Positions 10,326 through 19,337 of a DNA stretch of 64,000 bases are shown piece by piece. The notes under the pieces are model-generated. The model made no database searches. It saw only the letters and a program-made list of their open reading frames with translations, and was not told the origin of the DNA. The position numbers were made by a program, and so were the translations under genes. The DNA is from a bacterium (GTDB taxonomy: Bacteria > SZUA-182 > DTGQ01), in NCBI GenBank assembly GCA_023512255.1, contig JAILZY010000008.1:3508-67507 (forward strand). The letters run 5' to 3'. Position 1 is the first letter of the stretch, and each line of letters opens with the position of its first letter.

Positions 10326-11405
10326 ATGTCAGCTCAAGCAAACTCTCTCGCTAAAAACTTTTCGATAAGCTTTCCCATGAGCCGCTACGTACTGTTTTTT
10401 ATATTTTTGATTTTTTCTTTTTTAATTCTCTCTCCCCTGGCCGTATCCAATCTTCAGGCAGCCACTCCCCCACCTCAACCTCGAAGTGGACCAGGAGGAT
10501 CCGATTACCCACATGCCGCGATTATCAGCTCGGTTCATGGTCAAGGTAATTTAAAGTACTACCTTTTCGAACCAGATGAGCCAAAACCAGAATCTGCACC
10601 GCTGGTCATTTTCGCGCATGGATGGGGCGGAATAAACCCAACCGATTATGGCAGTTGGATTAACCACCTGGTCAGAAGAGGAAATATCGTTATCTATCCC
10701 GTCTATCAAACGTATACTGATATGTTTACGGGATTCTCAAAATATACTGCCAATTGCATGACAGCCATAAAGGATGCCCTCAGAGAGCTTAAGAGGCCAG
10801 GGCATGTGGCCGCGGACCTTGACAAGGTGGCCACGGTGGGGCACTCTCTCGGGGGGCTTCTGGCAGTCAATATCGCTGCCTCCTGGGCAGCAGAGCAGGA
10901 TGGGGCACCTGCCGTCAAAGCAATAATGTCGGTTGAGCCGGGAGGTGTGCCTGCTTTGCCGCTTGAGGATTTATCCCTGATTGCCGCCGACACACTCCTG
11001 CTTACCGTAGTAGGTGATCAGGACCAGATTGCAGGTAGTAGAGATGCCCGGAAAATTTTTTACCGTACCTCTCAAATTCCGCCTCAGAATAAGGATTTTA
11101 TTACCCTGGTTTCAGATCAATATGGAGAGCCTGCCTTGATTGCTGATCATTTTGCCCCAACCTGTGAATTACCAATAGGGAGCAGTTTTCTACCCAGCTT
11201 GAGCGAGGTGTTTGGCAGCTTAAAATATGCAACTAACGCTCTTGACTTTTATGGTACATGGAAATTATTCGATGCCCTAACCGAGGCTGCCTTTTATGGG
11301 AAAAACCGTGAGTATGCCCTTGGCAATACCCCCCAGCAGCGCTTTATGGGTGAGTGGAGCGACGGCAGGCCGGTACAAGAGCTTGTAGTTACCGATCAGC
11401 CGTAA
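10326..11405 (+). CDS. secreted alpha/beta-fold hydrolase (esterase/lipase-like)
   Basis: N-terminal signal peptide/TM segment; nucleophile elbow GHSLGG; HGWGG oxyanion-region motif. Confidence 0.65.
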   Translation: MSAQANSLAKNFSISFPMSRYVLFFIFLIFSFLILSPLAVSNLQAATPPPQPRSGPGGSDYPHAAIISSVHGQGNLKYYLFEPDEPKPESAPLVIFAHGWGGINPTDYGSWINHLVRRGNIVIYPVYQTYTDMFTGFSKYTANCMTAIKDALRELKRPGHVAADLDKVATVGHSLGGLLAVNIAASWAAEQDGAPAVKAIMSVEPGGVPALPLEDLSLIAADTLLLTVVGDQDQIAGSRDARKIFYRTSQIPPQNKDFITLVSDQYGEPALIADHFAPTCELPIGSSFLPSLSEVFGSLKYATNALDFYGTWKLFDALTEAAFYGKNREYALGNTPQQRFMGEWSDGRPVQELVVTDQP

Positions 11406-11459
11406 AGATGAAGATCCTACTCTAAGATAGCGCTTTTTTGTTTTGAAGTCGAAAATAAA

Positions 11460-11488
11460 CCCCGGCTGATGCAGACTATCAGCCGGGG
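11460..11488 (+). terminator. stem-loop (11-bp perfect stem CCCCGGCTGAT, 7-nt loop) about 55 bp after the hydrolase stop
   Basis: Seen directly. A T-rich tract follows on the minus strand only, so rho-independent function on the plus strand is uncertain. Confidence 0.35.
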
Positions 11489-12054
11489 TGAAAACCTAGG
11501 GCATGTCTTTGCTTCCCTTGCCGGATCCATTTTCATAACCTTGCCTTAATACTACAACGAGACTCCCAGAACATATTTCCTGCTTGAAGTAGGAATTTAT
11601 GAGGATAACGCGCGAATTTTCTCCATCGCGGGACAGATGAAATGGCTGGTATAAGGAACAATGTCTCGTTGTAATACTAAACCATAGTCTTTAAATACTA
11701 AAGCATAGTCTTAAAGCAATAGGTAATGTACCCAATCATCGTAAAGTCTCCTAAATACGAGATTGGTAATTTTAGGCAGGAACTATACTTTCACCCTTTT
11801 AGGCGCTCGATCAGCCTCTCACTACTCAATAGAGAAAACCGCGTAGTATGAGTGAGCTGTATGTAATTTGTTTAATTAAGTTACCAAGCAAATAGTCTCT
11901 CTATTAACCTAATCTCTCGTATTAACCTGTCTCGGATTTTGTGAGCTGCGCATTTTGCCTTGAAAACAATTAAAATCTATAATAGCATTATAAGTTGATT
12001 ATTTTTATCTTTGGCGGATATTTCATGATTTTCTGAACATGGAGTGAAAGCCCC

Positions 12055-13146
12055 ATGCCTTCTTCCAAAATACCAGCGGAATTTCAGCTTATCGAGCGCA
12101 TCCAGGCTATGCTTGCTTCGGCGGCAGCCGAGAAGGGGGTTATCCTTGGCATTGGAGATGACTGCGCAGTGCTTGAGGGGGCAGAGGGGAAATATTTGCT
12201 GGTTACGACTGACATGCTGATTGAGGATGTTCACTTCAGTCGGGCCTTTTCCTCTCTTCATGAAATCGGGCAAAAGGCCATGATCGTAAATATCAGTGAT
12301 ATCGCCGCTATGGGCGGTGAGCCAAGGTTTGCTTTTATCTCCTTGGCTTTCCCCTCCTCATTCTCCTTGGAGGAGTTTGATCAGCTCTGGGAGGGCATGA
12401 TCGAGGTAGCTCGGAGATATTCTCTCCTGGTCTTAGGGGGGGATACGAACGCTAGCTTTCCTCAGCTAAATGATCACGGGTTAGTAATCAACATTACTCT
12501 GATTGGAGAGGTCCAGCCTTCTGAGCTGATCAGCCGGCAGGGGGCAGGAGAAGGAGATTTAATCTTGCTGACTGGACAGATCGGAGATTCTGCCGCTGGG
12601 CTTGATCTTTTAACCATGAGTGGGCGCTTTTCTGCTCAAGCGGCTTCAGGCTCTAAGCCTGAAGATATCTGCTGCTATCAGCAGGCGGTCCACAGGCACC
12701 GGGTTCCGGTTGTTCGGCTCTCCGAATCAAGGATTATCAGTCGGCACCATCTGGCCACAGCCATGATTGATGTCAGTGATGGAGTAGCCACGGATTTGCG
12801 GCACTTGCTTTGTCCCCGGCTAGGTGGGCAAAGGGAGATGGGCGAATTAGGAGCTATTCTTTGGCCTGAGAAAATCCCTGTCTCTGAGGCTGCGGCCAAA
12901 GTCGCCCGAATGCTTGGCAAAGAGCCCTTAACTTATGCCCTGTGCGGTGGAGAGGATTATGAGCTTCTCTTTACTGCCGCCCCTGATCAAGCCTATAAGG
13001 CTAAAGAACTGATTGAGCGGCAGACTTTAACTTCGGTCAGCATCATTGGTGAAATTACCGAAAAAGTCAAAGGTATTCATCTTATTTATGGGCAGGGGCA
13101 GATCGCTCCTTTCTTGGCTGCGGGATTTGATCATTTTAAAAGGTAA
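12055..13146 (+). CDS. thiL: thiamine-monophosphate kinase (PurM/AIR-synthase-related fold)
   Basis: N-terminal EFQLIERI...GIGDDCAVLEGAEGKYLLVTTDMLIEDVHF is the ThiL signature. Longer than typical ThiL (363 aa). Confidence 0.65.
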   Translation: MPSSKIPAEFQLIERIQAMLASAAAEKGVILGIGDDCAVLEGAEGKYLLVTTDMLIEDVHFSRAFSSLHEIGQKAMIVNISDIAAMGGEPRFAFISLAFPSSFSLEEFDQLWEGMIEVARRYSLLVLGGDTNASFPQLNDHGLVINITLIGEVQPSELISRQGAGEGDLILLTGQIGDSAAGLDLLTMSGRFSAQAASGSKPEDICCYQQAVHRHRVPVVRLSESRIISRHHLATAMIDVSDGVATDLRHLLCPRLGGQREMGELGAILWPEKIPVSEAAAKVARMLGKEPLTYALCGGEDYELLFTAAPDQAYKAKELIERQTLTSVSIIGEITEKVKGIHLIYGQGQIAPFLAAGFDHFKR

Positions 13147-13305
13147 GGCTGTATTATGCTTTTGAATTTTCGTCCCTTCTGCGCAGGCGCAGAATCCACA
13201 AGTACAAAAAGTCTAAAATTATAAGCTCGTATTTTAAAAGTATAAGTTTTAAAAGTATAAGCTGGTATTAATTGTCAAAATAACGTTAAGGAGAAAAATA
13301 ACCAT

Positions 13306-14154
13306 ATGGAAGATCTCAAAAAGCAGCTTCAGCAGGCTTCAGATTTCATTCAGGGGCAAACCAGCCTGACTCCCAAGATTGGCATTATCCTGGGCACTGG
13401 CATGGGAGCGCTGATAGATCGGCTGGATGAGGCTGTGGCCATCCCCTATGCTCGGATTCCGGGCTTTCCCTGCGGTGGAGAGTCAACTGATCGGGAGCGG
13501 CTAGCCCTTGGTAGGCTTGCTCAAAAGCCTGTTCTCATCCTCTCTAAGCGCTTTCATTATTATGAGGGGTATACTTCTCAGCAGATCTCGTTTCCAATTC
13601 GGCTCATGAAGCAGCTCGGTGTTCAGATCATGATCGTTTGTAATGCTGCCGGTGGGCTCAACCCCCTCCTCAAGGCCGCAGATCTGATGGTTATTGTAGA
13701 CCACATCAACCTCCTTGGAACCAGCCCCCTGATCGGTCCGAATCCCGATTGGCTAGGGGTTCGGTTTCCTGACATGAAAGATGCCTATGACCCAAAGCTC
13801 GTCAGCCTGGCAGAGCAAGTAGCTCTCGAGGAGAGGATCCCTTTAAGAAAAGGCGTTTATGTCGCCGTACACGGACCAAATCTTGAAACTCCCGCCGAAA
13901 CCAGGTTTCTTCGGGCCATCGGGGCTGATGCAGTGGGCATGTCTACGGTCCCCGAGGTCATTGTCGGCGTTCATGCGGGTTTGCGTATTCTTGGCTTTTC
14001 GATTATTACTAACATCAATTTGCCCGATGCTTTCCAGTCAATCAGCTTTGAGGAGGTTGTGGCTGTAGCGGCCAGGACAGAAGCTACTCTGAGGTATCTG
14101 ATCGAGAAGATCGTCGCCCGGATTGAAATTTCCCCTTCAGACTCAGCAGATTGA
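13306..14154 (+). CDS. purine nucleoside phosphorylase family I/II (PunA-like); candidate methylthioinosine phosphorylase
   Basis: Strong similarity to mammalian/bacterial trimeric PNP over RFHYYEGY...NAAGGLNP...HINL...RFPDM.DAYD...GP..ETPAE.R.L...GADAVGMSTVPEVIVA.H.GLR..GFS.ITN. Confidence 0.8.
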   Translation: MEDLKKQLQQASDFIQGQTSLTPKIGIILGTGMGALIDRLDEAVAIPYARIPGFPCGGESTDRERLALGRLAQKPVLILSKRFHYYEGYTSQQISFPIRLMKQLGVQIMIVCNAAGGLNPLLKAADLMVIVDHINLLGTSPLIGPNPDWLGVRFPDMKDAYDPKLVSLAEQVALEERIPLRKGVYVAVHGPNLETPAETRFLRAIGADAVGMSTVPEVIVGVHAGLRILGFSIITNINLPDAFQSISFEEVVAVAARTEATLRYLIEKIVARIEISPSDSAD

Positions 14155-14286
14155 TGAACCTTATGCCATAACTTTCACAAAATGTGTGAGTTAACATTCT
14201 GGAAGAATATAAAGCTTTTCAGATGTTCGCTCTGGATTCAGGATGAATGATGAGCAGGCAGATGAGAGAAGAAAAATAAAGGAGAA

Positions 14287-15645
14287 ATGATCATGACAGC
14301 AATTGAACCATCAGGTCGGCAGCCAAAGCAGTCTGATGTCCTAATCATTGGCAGATGGCTTCTGTCTATGTCTGGCCAGCCTGATCCCATCGAATATGGC
14401 GCCGTGGCTATTCAGGCCGACCGAATCATTGAGACGGGCCGGGCCGATGAGCTTGAGAAAAAATATCAGGCTAGAGAAGTCTTTCATCTTCCTCACCATT
14501 TAATCATGCCGGGTTTGGTCAATGCCCATACTCATGCAGCCATGACCCTTTTTCGGGGGCTAGCGGACGATCTTCCCCTGATGGATTGGCTGCAAGGATA
14601 TATCTTCCCAGCAGAGAGGAAGCTTTCCGACAGCTTGGTTTATGCTGGCACTCAGCTTGCTTGCCTTGAGATGCTGCTTTCTGGGACAACAACCTTTTGC
14701 GATATGTATCTTTTCGAAAAATCAGCCGCCCAGGCTGCCCGGGACATGAATATGCGAGCCGTTGTGGGTGAGGTTCTATATGATTTCCCCTCGCCTAACT
14801 ATGGTCCGCTGGAGGCCGGTTTTCGGTATACTGAAGAGCTGATTCAGCAGTGGCAGGGGGATTCGCTCATTTATCCGGCTGTAGAGCCCCATTCTCCTTA
14901 CACCTGCTCGCCCGATCTTCTAAAGAAGAGTAAAGAGTTGGCTGAAAAATATAATGTTTCTTTTATTATTCACTTGGCCGAAACTAGGCAAGAAGTTCGG
15001 CTAATTCAGGAGCGGTATGGGAAAAATCCGATTCAACATCTGGCATCTCTTGGAGTGTTGGATCATCAGGTGCTGGCCGATCATTGCATCTGGCTCGAGG
15101 AGCAGGATATCGAATTGCTCAAAGAGCGCAAAGTTAGGGTAGCTCATATGCCGGAGAGCAACATGAAGCTAGCCTCAGGCGTAGCTCCCGTCCCTCGGCT
15201 GCTTGATCAGGGAATCACGGTAGGGCTTGGCACTGATGGCTGTGCCAGCAACAATAACCTGGACCTTTTTCAGGAAATGGATATGGCCGCTAAGCTCCAC
15301 AAGGTCTTTACCGCAGATCCAACGGTCATGGGGGCTAAAACGGTGCTGGAGATGGCCACCATAGGAGGAGCCAGGGCCTTTGGTCTGGAGGATGAGATCG
15401 GCAGCCTGGAGCCGGGGAAAAAGGCAGATATTATCGCCGTTGATCTAAATCAACCTCATCTGGTTCCTCTCTACAATATTTACTCTCAACTGGTTTATGC
15501 GGCACGAGGAGCTGACGTCGATAGTGTCTGGATCAATGGGGAGCTGCTGGTCAAAGAGCGGCGGCCTGTCAAGGCTGACCTTGAGAGGATTCTGGCCCAG
15601 GCCAGAGAGTTAAAAGAGCAGGTGCTCAGGTTTTTAAACCAATGA
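14287..15645 (+). CDS. mtaD: amidohydrolase, MtaD-like 5'-methylthioadenosine/S-adenosylhomocysteine deaminase (TRZ/ATZ family)
   Basis: PGLVNAHTHAAMTLFRGLADDLPLMDWL and the metal-binding HxH, His and Asp positions. Confidence 0.7.
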   Translation: MIMTAIEPSGRQPKQSDVLIIGRWLLSMSGQPDPIEYGAVAIQADRIIETGRADELEKKYQAREVFHLPHHLIMPGLVNAHTHAAMTLFRGLADDLPLMDWLQGYIFPAERKLSDSLVYAGTQLACLEMLLSGTTTFCDMYLFEKSAAQAARDMNMRAVVGEVLYDFPSPNYGPLEAGFRYTEELIQQWQGDSLIYPAVEPHSPYTCSPDLLKKSKELAEKYNVSFIIHLAETRQEVRLIQERYGKNPIQHLASLGVLDHQVLADHCIWLEEQDIELLKERKVRVAHMPESNMKLASGVAPVPRLLDQGITVGLGTDGCASNNNLDLFQEMDMAAKLHKVFTADPTVMGAKTVLEMATIGGARAFGLEDEIGSLEPGKKADIIAVDLNQPHLVPLYNIYSQLVYAARGADVDSVWINGELLVKERRPVKADLERILAQARELKEQVLRFLNQ

Positions 15646-15689
15646 ACTTTTTTTGAGGAGAGGCGAAGCAGAAATCTGAGGAAAAGACA

Positions 15690-17012
15690 ATGCAGAAAGC
15701 AGACCTATTGATTTGCGGTGGGATAATACTGACCCTCGATGAGCAGGATTCGGTTATTGATCCAGGAGATATTGCCATCAGGGGAGATACTATTTTGGAC
15801 ATCGGGCCAAATCTGTCGGATAAATATCAAGCCTCCACCCTTCTTGAGGCCAAAGGCCATCTGGTTATGCCAGGGCTCATCAATGCTCATACCCATGCGG
15901 CTATGACCCTATTTCGTGGGCTGGCTGATGATCTTGCCTTGATGGATTGGTTGAAAAATTATATCTTTCCGGCTGAAGCTCGGTTTATGAGCCCAGAGCA
16001 TGTCTATCTTGGAACCATGCTAGCCTGTCTTGAAATGATAAAATCTGGCACTACTACCCTGAGCGATGCCTATTTCTTCGAGCCAGAGGCTGCCCGGGCA
16101 GCTAATGATGCCGGTCTTCGGGCTGTGGTGGCTCAAGGTATCATTGATTTTCCCTCTCCTGACGCTCCTGATCCCAAGGAGAGCTTGAGGCTGGCCGAAG
16201 AGTTTATCTGCCAATGGAAGTGGTCTGATCGGATCAGCCCAGCTATCTTTTGTCACTCGGCCTATACTTGTAGCCCTCAGACGATTCAGAAGGCCAAGAG
16301 GATGGCTGAGCGACATGCTGTCCCCTTTGGCCTTCATCTTGCCGAAACCCAGCAGGAGGTCCAGGAGATTGTACATCGGTACGGGAAGCGGCCAGTGCAG
16401 CATCTGGCTGATCTTGGGGTCCTGGATGAGACAGTTATGGCTATTCATTGTGTATGGCTTGATCAGCGGGAGATCGACCTGCTTCAAGAATTGCAGGTTA
16501 AGGTAGTGCATGTGCCAGAGAGCAACATGAAGCTGGCCTCTGGCATCGCCTCCATTCCTCGGTTGCTTGAGCGGGGAATCACTGTGGGGCTTGGCACTGA
16601 TGGCTGTGCCAGTAATAATGACCTTGATATGTTCAGGGAAATGGATACTGCGGCCAAGCTACACAAGGTTTTCAGCCAGGATCCGACCGCTCTCAAGGCT
16701 AGGCAACTCGTTCGCATGGCCACAAGGGAAGGGGCGGCGGTTTTGGGTCAAGGCCACAGGATCGGCTCGCTGGAAGTTGGCAAAAAGGCAGACCTGATTA
16801 TCCTCGACCTCCAAAAACCCCACCTTCTGCCAGTATACAATTTTTATTCTCACCTGGTTTATACTTTCAGTGGCGCTGATGTCGATAGCGTGATCGTCAA
16901 TGGAGCCCTGCTTATGCGGAACCGAAAGGTTTTGCACTTAGAGGAAGAAAAGCTCATTGAGCGCATCGTTGATCTGTCCAGACAGATTCAGGGACAGATG
17001 CGGGGAAGATGA
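15690..17012 (+). CDS. second MtaD-like deaminase (tandem paralog)
   Basis: PGLINAHTHAAMTLFRGLADDLALMDWL; same length class and motif layout as the upstream gene. Confidence 0.7.
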   Translation: MQKADLLICGGIILTLDEQDSVIDPGDIAIRGDTILDIGPNLSDKYQASTLLEAKGHLVMPGLINAHTHAAMTLFRGLADDLALMDWLKNYIFPAEARFMSPEHVYLGTMLACLEMIKSGTTTLSDAYFFEPEAARAANDAGLRAVVAQGIIDFPSPDAPDPKESLRLAEEFICQWKWSDRISPAIFCHSAYTCSPQTIQKAKRMAERHAVPFGLHLAETQQEVQEIVHRYGKRPVQHLADLGVLDETVMAIHCVWLDQREIDLLQELQVKVVHVPESNMKLASGIASIPRLLERGITVGLGTDGCASNNDLDMFREMDTAAKLHKVFSQDPTALKARQLVRMATREGAAVLGQGHRIGSLEVGKKADLIILDLQKPHLLPVYNFYSHLVYTFSGADVDSVIVNGALLMRNRKVLHLEEEKLIERIVDLSRQIQGQMRGR

Positions 17013-17270
17013 GCCAATAGTGGCGATGGTAGGTTGGAGGCTTTTATTCACCCTCACTAACACTAAAGCCTTCCCATCAAGGGGTAGGATGGGTATGAGG
17101 TTTGCCAATAAAAAATAGGGAACATTTAAAAAAATGACCATTTTGATTTGACAGCCTGATTTCAGGCTAGTTATACTTAATAATAAAGACTTTACTTATT
17201 ATATATTCATATTTTTGCATATTTATACTACTTTCTGTATATTTATACTATCTCTTATTAAAATTCGCTC

Positions 17271-17738
17271 TCATATATCAGACACCAGAGTGAGTCCTTT
17301 GTGGTGAAAGAATAATGAGTAAAAAAGGTTCATGAGTGTGGCAATAAAATCTTTAACATTCTGCAATGTCGAGTTTAAGATAAACATAGATCGTTCAAAA
17401 GCAGTCAAATTGCGATGATTACGCTGGAATTGAAATACCTTAGCATAATCAGGCAGGTATTCTTGGGATACCCCTCTGAAAGGGAGTATAAAGAGCAGCC
17501 AAGACAACCAAAGGCTCTCGGCACGGTTCTCATGTACATCTCCTCGAACATACTCTTTTTGGCTATGGTTGACCGTCTCGTGCTTATAGCCCGCTTTTCC
17601 CAAAAAGCTATAGCAAGAGGCAGTATCACTGTAAATGGTACTACCCTTTTCCACCCGCTTCTCAAAGGCCGCTCTCAAAGTCTCCTCTTTTACATCTGGG
17701 AGAACCTCTACCACTACTTCGCCTTGACGATTGGCCAT
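17271..17738 (-). CDS. IS1595-family transposase, C-terminal DDE part
   Basis: ISXO2-like DDE region in a different frame from the N-terminal piece. Combined length about 326 aa, equal to an intact IS1595 transposase. Confidence 0.6.
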   Translation of the reverse strand: MANRQGEVVVEVLPDVKEETLRAAFEKRVEKGSTIYSDTASCYSFLGKAGYKHETVNHSQKEYVRGDVHENRAESLWLSWLLFILPFRGVSQEYLPDYAKVFQFQRNHRNLTAFERSMFILNSTLQNVKDFIATLMNLFYSLFFHHKGLTLVSDI

Positions 17739-17786
17739 GCCCTTAATTACAGGGGAATCCTTCTGGGCCGATCCTCTTCCAGGCCC

Positions 17787-18302
17787 CTATTTCTTTCCTC
17801 TCCTGCGAGCAGGCCGATTCACGGCGATAGGATCATTCGCAGGACGACCAGCCTTATGCCCCGATGTCTGATAAATTTCATCCACTTCAATGACTCCGGA
17901 CAACCGTCTGTCTTGCTCCAATTTAATCTCCCGATTCCTTATGATCCGTACAGCTCTCAAGGCTGTGAGATAATTGCAGGGAATCTCTCGGGCAATCTGC
18001 AATGTTGTTTTCCCCAACTCTACCAGGTACATTACCAAAAACCAGGCAGACAAAGGAAGCTTGCTCTTTTCGAAGATAGTACCAGTACGGTCATTGAATT
18101 CTTTCCCACAACTATAGCAATGGTACCTATGGCACGCACTCTCCCAGGGAACAGTCCAGGGACCTGTCACCCCGCTCTGTCCACAGTATGGGCAGCGGAT
18201 AATCCCATCGGACCATCGATGGTTGCGAAGGACTCTGTAGCAGGCTCCTTCATCCAGCAAACTCTGAAATGTGTCTTTTCGACCGCAACACATGGCTTTC
18301 AT
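17787..18302 (-). CDS. IS1595-family transposase, N-terminal zinc-ribbon part
   Basis: CPYCG...CYSCGKEF zinc-ribbon transposase motif. Ends at a TAG, followed by a frame change into the DDE part. Confidence 0.65.
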   Translation of the reverse strand: MKAMCCGRKDTFQSLLDEGACYRVLRNHRWSDGIIRCPYCGQSGVTGPWTVPWESACHRYHCYSCGKEFNDRTGTIFEKSKLPLSAWFLVMYLVELGKTTLQIAREIPCNYLTALRAVRIIRNREIKLEQDRRLSGVIEVDEIYQTSGHKAGRPANDPIAVNRPARRRGKK

Positions 18303-18427
18303 AATTTATCAACTCCCTTTTCTATTTTATCACAGCGATGGCGTCTAATAAATTGAGAGCGATTTTTATACGAATCGACCTGGTACCCTATTTGGCATAA
18401 AATTAGGAGTAAAACAATGCGGCTTCG

Positions 18428-19213
18428 CTATCTCTGGGGCTTTGTTGTCTGCTTTCGCAGCATGAGCAGCTCATCGTCCAACCCGTGGCGGAGAAGATCG
18501 AGTCTGGATGACGCAGCCACGAGGCTTTCGGCGTGGACCGGCTTGATCCGGAACGGGAAGAGGCTCGGGCTGTCGATCAGATCTTTCAGCGGAGCCGAAC
18601 AGCTGGCCCGGGCGTGGAGGGACGCTTCGGCCAGCCAGGCGATCAGTCGGGAATCCTCAACAGCCAGCGTTGTCCCGGCAGAGTAAATGCCCTTTGCGCC
18701 GCTCTCCTGAAGCACGCCCCAGTCGAGGTACGAACGCAGCACGCGGCGGGCTGCTCGGGAAACGGTCTCCCGCTCGCCGTATTGCTCGCGAACCCTGCGC
18801 TGGACATGAGCCGCGGCAGCGGAGCCCTGAAGCCTCAGAAGACGGCCGGTCTGAGTGGCTACACACGACCAGAACGGGTAGACGGCCATGACCATCCCCC
18901 AGTGGATGGCTAGGCGCAAGTTATGAGGACTGAGGACTGAGTACTGAGTAGAAAGAAAGGCAAGACCGTCGTTTCGCAACGGAATGAGATCCTCTGGTGT
19001 AGTTACCCAAATCTTGCGCATGATAGAGATAATTTTATTACGATTACATCCCTTCGCCTGGCCGCCTATGGAAACCTTGTCCTTTAGTAGCTCTTGCAAG
19101 GCATCATTGATCGCAGCCTTGTCATTCCCTGCCAAGACCAGGTTGGCTGTCTGCTCAAGCCATTCCAGACGCACCCGCTGACTGAATCCGATATGGTTTC
19201 TCCTGTATGTCAT
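18428..19213 (-). CDS. hypothetical protein; candidate BrxA-like terminal gene of the BREX-like cluster
   Basis: Last gene in the same orientation, downstream of pglZ, as expected for brxA in BREX type 3. I cannot verify the DUF1819 fold by eye. Contains an in-frame partial heptad repeat (LSTQYSVLSPHNL). Confidence 0.3.
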   Translation of the reverse strand: MTYRRNHIGFSQRVRLEWLEQTANLVLAGNDKAAINDALQELLKDKVSIGGQAKGCNRNKIISIMRKIWVTTPEDLIPLRNDGLAFLSTQYSVLSPHNLRLAIHWGMVMAVYPFWSCVATQTGRLLRLQGSAAAAHVQRRVREQYGERETVSRAARRVLRSYLDWGVLQESGAKGIYSAGTTLAVEDSRLIAWLAEASLHARASCSAPLKDLIDSPSLFPFRIKPVHAESLVAASSRLDLLRHGLDDELLMLRKQTTKPQR

Positions 19214-19228
19214 TCAGAATTCCTCTTA

Positions 19229-19337
19229 CGGGTTACGAGTTATGGGTTACGAGTTACGAGTCATTAAACTCACAACTCACAACTCACAACTCTCAACTCG
19301 TAACTCATCATTACCCAGTCCTCATCACTCATCACTT
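19229..19337. repeat. palindromic array of heptanucleotide units (GTGAGTT / ACGAGTT / GGGTTAC, then GTGATGA GTGATGA GGACTG) in the pglZ-brxA intergenic spacer
   Basis: Seen directly. About 14 heptad units; the two halves are approximate reverse complements. Confidence 0.7.

Larger units (their letters stand above)
17245..18375 (-). mobile_element. IS1595-family (ISXO2-like) insertion sequence with imperfect terminal inverted repeats
   Basis: The transposase is split into two ORFs. Imperfect terminal inverted repeats AAAAT(T)CGCTCTCA at about 17250-17270 and 18345-18368. Confidence 0.6.

Noticed and set aside
11405-12055. TPP riboswitch upstream of thiL
   Set aside because: I scanned the 650-bp leader for the conserved THI-box elements (CTGAGA and ACCTGATCTGGATAATGCCAGCG-like) and did not find them. 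Only an AT-rich direct repeat (TACTAAASCATAGTCTTWAA x2) is present.
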